A DNA stretch of 55,271 nucleotides from Eremomyces bilateralis CBS 781.70 (Eukaryota): the NCBI GenBank assembly GCA_010015585.1, contig ML975154.1; one strand, written 5' to 3'. Position numbers and translations under genes: made by a program. Positions 49,449 through 55,271 of the stretch are shown piece by piece; the stretch's first letter is position 1; each line of letters begins with the position of its first letter. Under the pieces are notes generated by a model. The model saw only the letters and a list, made by a program, of their open reading frames with translations. It did no database searches and was not told the DNA's origin.

Positions 49449-51912
49449 ATGGAGGATATCGCCCCTCCTCCAGATTATCTTTACGAGTCCTATGAAGAAG
49501 CTTACAATGCTCTCAGAAGCCATGGCATGCAGCATGGCTACGGCTTCCAACTCAAACGGAGCAAACCTCACCATTCTGATGAAAAGACGCGATATTACTA
49601 CTACTGTGATCGATCCGGAAACTATCAGTCAAGGGCAAAGATTTTGAGCACAAGCACGCGCTCAATAGGGTGTACTTTTAGGCTTGTCATATTCAAGAAC
49701 AAAAACGACGACCAGTGGAAGCTGGAGGTTATACACAAGCATCACAACCACCCCCGATCACTTAACCCTAGCGCGCATAATGTCTATCGCAGGCGGACAT
49801 CGGCGCAGAAAGACACAATTGAATCAATGACACGTGCCGGGGTACGGCCGATGCAGATAATGGCTGCCATTCAAAAGGAGGATCCGGACACGCTAGTCTC
49901 TGCCACCGATATTCGCAGCGAGAGGAAGGCAATCAGAGAGAAGCACTTAAATGGGAGGAGTCCGATTGAGACATTGCTAGATAACCTGTCCACGCCGGAA
50001 TGGGTCTTCGCTGTCAAGAAGGATGCAGATCATCACGTGCAAGGTCTCTTCTTTGCCCACCAGAAGCAGATCGAGCTGCTGCTTGCGAATCCCGATGTCC
50101 TGTTGATGGACTGTACGTACCGAACCAACAAGTACAAACTCCCACTGTTGCACATACTCGGCTGCACCAATCTACAGACGTTCTTCTCTGCAGGCTTCTG
50201 CTTCCTCCGCAGTGAGACACAAGCAGACTACCATTGGGCAATCTCAAACTTCCTCCTTAAGACGGGAGCACTACAACCACGGGTGTTCATTAGCGACCAG
50301 GTGGATGCGTTGAAGTTGGCAGCCTACACTCTGTTTCCGAGGATCCCACAACTCCTATGCGTATGGCATATCAACAAGGATGTACAGACAAAGACTCAAC
50401 AGGTCTGGCGAAGCGCTGATGGAGTAACAAGAGAGGAGAAGCAGGAAATCGCCGATAAACGGGCTAAATTTATGAAGCGTTGGACCCAGGTATGCTCCAG
50501 CTCTGACTATAAACAAGATACAATAGACCTAACTAGAACAGCTTGTCTACGTCAAGGGACCACTTGAGTTCCAATTCAAGTGGGACGAACTACTGAAAGA
50601 CTATGCTGACCAACGAGAACTTTGCACATATCTATGCGAAAATCAATACCACACGCGCACCGAGTGGGCAGCTGCATGGACGTCTTATCACCGACATTAC
50701 AACGCAATTACTACTTCTCCTGTTGGAGGAATGCACAAGGTTTTAAAGGACTATCTCATGACTTCGAGAGGCGACTTAATACAAGTTGTTCAAAGGATTG
50801 AGCGGGTGATCGACAGTCAATACAGCAAATACAGGATGGACCTTATCTCCTCGATACAGCGCGCCAAATCTGAGCACAAACCGGAGTCAATGCCATACCT
50901 ACCTCCCAGGATTTATGACGTCCTCACGCCACCGGCTATTGCGCGCATCCGGCAGCAGGATCTGCTGCTCCAGAACGAGCAAAGACAACGTCGTAACTGG
51001 CACCCTTGTTCTGGCCTTTTTGAGAAGACGAATGGTCTTCCGTGTCGTCATACGCTACAAGATATGAGGAATTCTGGATCGACATTACGATTAAATTTCC
51101 TTTACGACAATCATTGGCGCTATCAACGTGAGCAAGGACAGTCAATACGTCTATCTCCAAGGCCATACCGGTCTATCATCGAGTCGCTTCCTGCTGAAAC
51201 AAGAGGTACGCCGAGGAGGAATGAGGCATCAACCCGTAGAGATCCATCAGGCTTTGAACAACATGTGCGACCTTCTATCCCTCAATTTCAGCCTCCTCCT
51301 CAACCCCAGGGTCAAACGCTTGCTGAGATCTTACGACACACAAGCACAGCCATTACGGTGTCAGTTTCTACAACTGCACCAGCTACGAATCCTACAACTA
51401 CTTCTATATCTATGTCGATCCCTGCACCTACCCCTATAGCTTCCCCTACTCCATCTCATTTATCATCACCTGTCTCTGTTTCTGTGTCTACTACTACGGC
51501 TCAACCCCCTCTACAGTCTGCTTGGCAACCTCCGTCGTTGGAAGAGTTCTTTGGCGACATCGAGCGTCGCCGGCTTCAGCCCACTCTACATAACTACAGT
51601 AACTCTAACAGAGTGGCCAATGTTTTGGCGGAGACAGGGCAGGAAAGGGACCCGACAGAACTGATTGAAGCACGAAATATGGCTCTCGCTACAAGCGGAG
51701 TGTATGCTTCCTGCACTCCAACAATGGCATGGAATTATCACTTTGGAGATATGAAAGCCTTCTACGATGAAAAATTTGCACAAGTCGATGCTCAAAATAC
51801 CTTTTTTGAGTCTCAGGGTGTGCGCAGAGAGCGTCCTAAGCGTGCTGCAGCAGAGACGGCTTCAAATGCTTGGAAAGGACTTAGCCCCCGCAAGAGACAG
51901 CGACGTCAGTAG
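49449..51912 (+). CDS. Mutator (MULE/Hop-like) transposase-family protein, about 803 aa: FAR1/WRKY-like DBD, MULE domain, SWIM
   Basis: CDRSG...C...HNH; MDCTYRTNKYKLPL; ISDQ; LLCVWH; TTSPVGGMH; CSGLFEKTNGLPCRH. Intron 50490-50541 joins the two ORFs in frame with no stops. Confidence 0.92.
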
Positions 51913-52482
51913 AAGATAGGCTTCATAATGTGAAGTAGCTATGAAAGCTCCGGGGCCCGTCGAGAACGTAGATGTCAGCGATATGGTTACGGGCCACATT
52001 GCCTACCGGTACTTAACTGGGAAGATGTTTCAACGGATCGGATTTGAAGATATCTCAGTTGTCGAGACCAAGCGAGAGGAGCTTCAGGAGGAAGCAGAAT
52101 AAACATGTTGACGAGATCGCGGAAGAGGAGGCGAGGGATATAGAAAGGAAGGCGGAGCAGAAGAGTCGGGGACGCTGATGTCCCGGGCGACGGAAAACTT
52201 GAGCTTGAATGAGAGCCGGGAAGGAGGTAGGGGGGCTAAGCAGGATTTCAGAGAGGCAGAAAATAGGAACCAACGGTTATCTTAGTCAACTATCTATGTC
52301 GCCATGCCCTAACGAGAGCTACAGTGAATGATGAACAATCCAAGTCCATCCGGATATGCCAGATCTCTAGACATCTAATGGTATATGATCTCCCCTGCCC
52401 AGAACCGATACCCACGGATATATACAGTATAACATAACGCCATATCATGTACCAGAACCAAACTTGACATCCCAACCGAACA

Positions 52483-53474
52483 TCACTTGCCCGCCGCAAA
52501 CTCTTGCTCCGGCGCCTGCAGCACATACGGCGGAGCTGCCCCCTCTAGTGCCTTCCACTGCCGCGGCGACTCCAACTCCACCGTTGTCGGGCTTGAGTTC
52601 TTCAGCCGCGGCGTGCCCGCGGGATTCAACGACGAGTGGGCGTCTCCGAATAGGTTGGTCACCACTGGGATCAGATTCCCCTGCGGCGGCATCCCCCTCT
52701 GCTCCTGCGAGTGGTCGTGGTATGGCGGCGGCATCTCCTGTGGCACCTGCTGCGGCATGTGCTGGGCGTAGTACTCCGATCCGGCGCCGTACTGCGGCTG
52801 CTGGTAGATTTGTTGTTGTGGGTTCATTTCGTAGAGGACTTGTTGGGGTGCGAAGCTGGTTGCTTGGTATTGGAGGTTTGTGGGGTTGGCGACGGAAGTG
52901 TAGGCGCCGCGGCTGCCGGCTTTGCGGTACCTGTAGAAAACGGTGGAGGCGTAGAAGAGGGCACCGACGTAGGCGGGGCTAGAAAGGCAGGATTAGTACG
53001 TGAAAAAGTCGGTTCAAAACGGATGACCCCAAGAGAGTCTTACCAAAGAACGATGGTCAAGGCAATGGCGGCAGCAGTGGCGTCCCGAAGAGCAAGGAAG
53101 ATGTTAAGAATATAGCTGCCGACCCAGATCAGGGCCTGAACGATGCTGAAAACAAGGAAGACCTTCGGGCTTAGCATTTGTCTCGCGAAGAGCACTAAGG
53201 ACGTGATGTCGAGGACCACGGAGATTGCGCATAGGGCGATATGGATTGAAAGGACGCTGTTCAAATGTTAGATTGAGACTCATGCCGTTTGATGTTTCTA
53301 GAGCTAGACTCACGCTACGTCGTAGATCCTGGTGTGCGTATAATGGTCCACGGCTCCAAAGGCGACCGCATAGATACCGATCATGATGATCCTGACGATA
53401 TTCTTGACAATCCAGAGGGGGATCAAGACGCTCTTCATCCATGGCGTATTGTCGTGCCTATATCTCGGCGGCAT
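52483..53474 (-). CDS. Four-TM membrane protein (MARVEL-like) with a Pro/Gln/Tyr-rich cytoplasmic tail
   Basis: Exons 53474-53314, 53256-53044 and 52978-52483 splice in frame; four hydrophobic segments, then a low-complexity tail with PPPY. Confidence 0.75.
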
Positions 53475-54557
53475 CTTGACGAAATGGTTCCCCGAAGTCC
53501 AACTGCGATACGCGATAAAGGCTACACGCTCAGGCCATTCTCTTCGGTCTGTATAACAACAAGGCACCTCAATCGATGAAATGGTAGCCTAGCACCGTAG
53601 CCAGACCAATGCGTCAAATCAATCGATACGAAAAGAATAAGTAATACCAGCTACCGCATGAAAGTCATTTACATAAAGACAGAATAACCGAATGACCCGC
53701 GGGAGGATTGCCAGGTTCAAACTCCAACGGAGGTTCAGAGACGGCCGTAATGCCCCCAGGATTGGGGCGCTGCGGCGCTAGCGTGCTTTCGTTGATCATA
53801 ACGCGTTGTTAGCTAGGCCAGGCGGCCAGCCACTGTCCAAGGCTTCCTACGTATTAGTAGGCCCGGTTTGGACTGGCCTCCTCCACCATCTTGCATTGCA
53901 AACGTCTACCAAGCGGTGCGGGGAGATATGGAGGGGATGATTGGAAGGATCTTTGACGTTATAGAGGGACGATTTCAACGCGGTGCTTCGGTTCTGACTT
54001 CTGATGGACTTGGACTTCGGACTTTGAAGTCTTTAGAGCGTTGCAACGCCGAGAGAGAAGCGGATTGCTGCGCCAGGCAGTAGTGCACAAAACTTGGGGT
54101 ATGATTCTGCAACGTAGTAAGCTCAAACCTGCCTTGGCCTGGTTGTCTTTTCGATCTAAAACTTCCGCGGTCCTAGTGTTAACTAGAGAAATGCTTGGGA
54201 AAGTTTGAATTCCTAAACACGGCGCGGCTCGTGGGACGTGGAGTCGAAGGTGCTAAATTTAGAAGAGTTAAGTTCAGGAGGCCTTGGCCACGTCATGAAA
54301 TCATTGAACTGGAACATCAACTTTCAAATTCCAGCTGGTGTAGGAGTACTAGCACTCAGCCTTGTCGTTAAATAACCTGTAAAGTGTAAACCACTCCGGA
54401 TTTACCTGTATTTTATAGGGTAAGATGTATCTAAGTCATAAAAATTTGTTATGATACAAGCTCAACTGACAACTGTTTTCTTACTCTAACTTTATCGTAT
54501 CATACGGGTAACACCCGTATGGGTTTTCCCCACAACGTGCACGGCACCACTCCTTGC

Positions 54558-55271
54558 ACGGTCCATCGCGTCATAAGCGCTCGCGATGGGCACTCAGTTT
54601 TGCAGCCATTCGCGCCCATATACAATAGAGATTTAGAAAAAATTGTTGTTATGACATTCTGAGATACTATAAGCTTATTTAGGGCCCAAATCGAAGTCCT
54701 TAAGATATCATGGTGGCCGGGAAATGCGACCTCGCCGCGTCTGAGTCTCCATTCCTTCAGATTCCTCTCCATCGCTATCTAGCTCCTCCACATCGCTGCT
54801 GATTACCTGCGGCTGTACAATTTGCTGTGGAGAGGCTTCTTTTGCTCGTTTTCTGGTGTTTCGAGGTGTTTTTAACTCTTGGAGAAGCTGTGCCTGTGCC
54901 GATCTTGCTTCACGATCAGCCTGTCGAATGGCCCTACGTCGAGCAAGCTCTACCTCTCTTTCTGCCGCCCTAATCTAACGGTCCTGTGCCCGTTGAGCAA
55001 CTTGTTCCGCTCGTAGCCTATCATTCTCTGCCCTCTGAAGTGCTTTATTCAGTTTTGCCTATGCTTTCCGTGCCTTCTCATCGCGTTTACCCTGATCCTT
55101 CTCTCGCTGGAGCTCACGAGCTCGCTCGATCTTTTTAGGACTGTAGAACTGTGATTTGGAACCCGATTCAGCACGTAGCTCTTCAAATAAGGGTCTGCCA
55201 CGCTTACGCTTCCTCCTTTCGTGCATAATGGCATGTCTAAGGCCCTGATTTTCGCCTCGGAGGAGAGCTAT
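54558..55271 (-). mobile_element. pogo/Fot1-like transposon 3' end, degenerate; continues beyond the window
   Basis: Minus-strand frame LLRGENQGLRHAIMHERRKRKRGRPL...FYSPKKIERAR and terminal TRRGRISRPP*YLKD resemble DDE_1 transposase C-termini; several TAG stops; palindromic terminus near 54558-54597. Confidence 0.7.

Noticed and set aside
43353..51912. Idea that the MULE is an Aft1-like iron regulator of the neighbouring sidL
   Set aside because: Only proximity supports it; filamentous fungi use SreA/HapX and I saw no linking motif.
49144..54535. Roughly 20-bp imperfect inverted match (TTGTGG(C)GGAAAACCCAT) bracketing the MULE and the membrane gene, suggesting a Pack-MULE
   Set aside because: Short, gapped, no 9-bp TSD; a match of this quality could arise by chance in 55 kb.
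1..55271. Starship-type giant element, tRNA/rRNA genes or prokaryotic systems
   Set aside because: No DUF3435 captain recombinase, no RNA gene recognised by eye, and core genes are interleaved throughout; tRNAscan-SE and Infernal would be needed to exclude small RNAs.

Overview
Genomic DNA from a filamentous ascomycete (Pezizomycotina), judged by short GT-AG introns with CTAAC/CTGAC branch points and RIP-like stop codons in repeats. Conserved housekeeping genes form the backbone: FMC1, septin CDC12, PWP2, NUP98-NUP96, centrin CDC31, complex I 51-kDa subunit, an RraA-like aldolase and a SidL-like acetyltransferase. Accessory genes are the 3' half of a PDR ABC transporter, a Baeyer-Villiger monooxygenase, an AA9 LPMO, a signal-peptide App1-like phosphatase, an Mx-like dynamin and a 4-TM protein. 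Transposon islands include Fot1/pogo relics, a full-length hAT with five in-frame stops, a LINE end, a probable LTR, a 173-bp MITE, a Tc1-like DD39E element and an intact MULE ORF. There is one 640-nt N gap. I cannot claim a single new multi-gene system. The best leads are: an AA9 LPMO with a remodelled second coordination sphere; an intact MULE transposase lacking its catalytic Glu and with no visible 3' TIR; an in-frame transposase-HTH/NLR-TPR chimera inside the NUP98/CDC31 divergent promoter; an intron-retention switch and an intronic hairpin in NUP98-96; and recurring C-rich-to-G-rich skew modules. All calls come from manual motif recognition; no database search was run.
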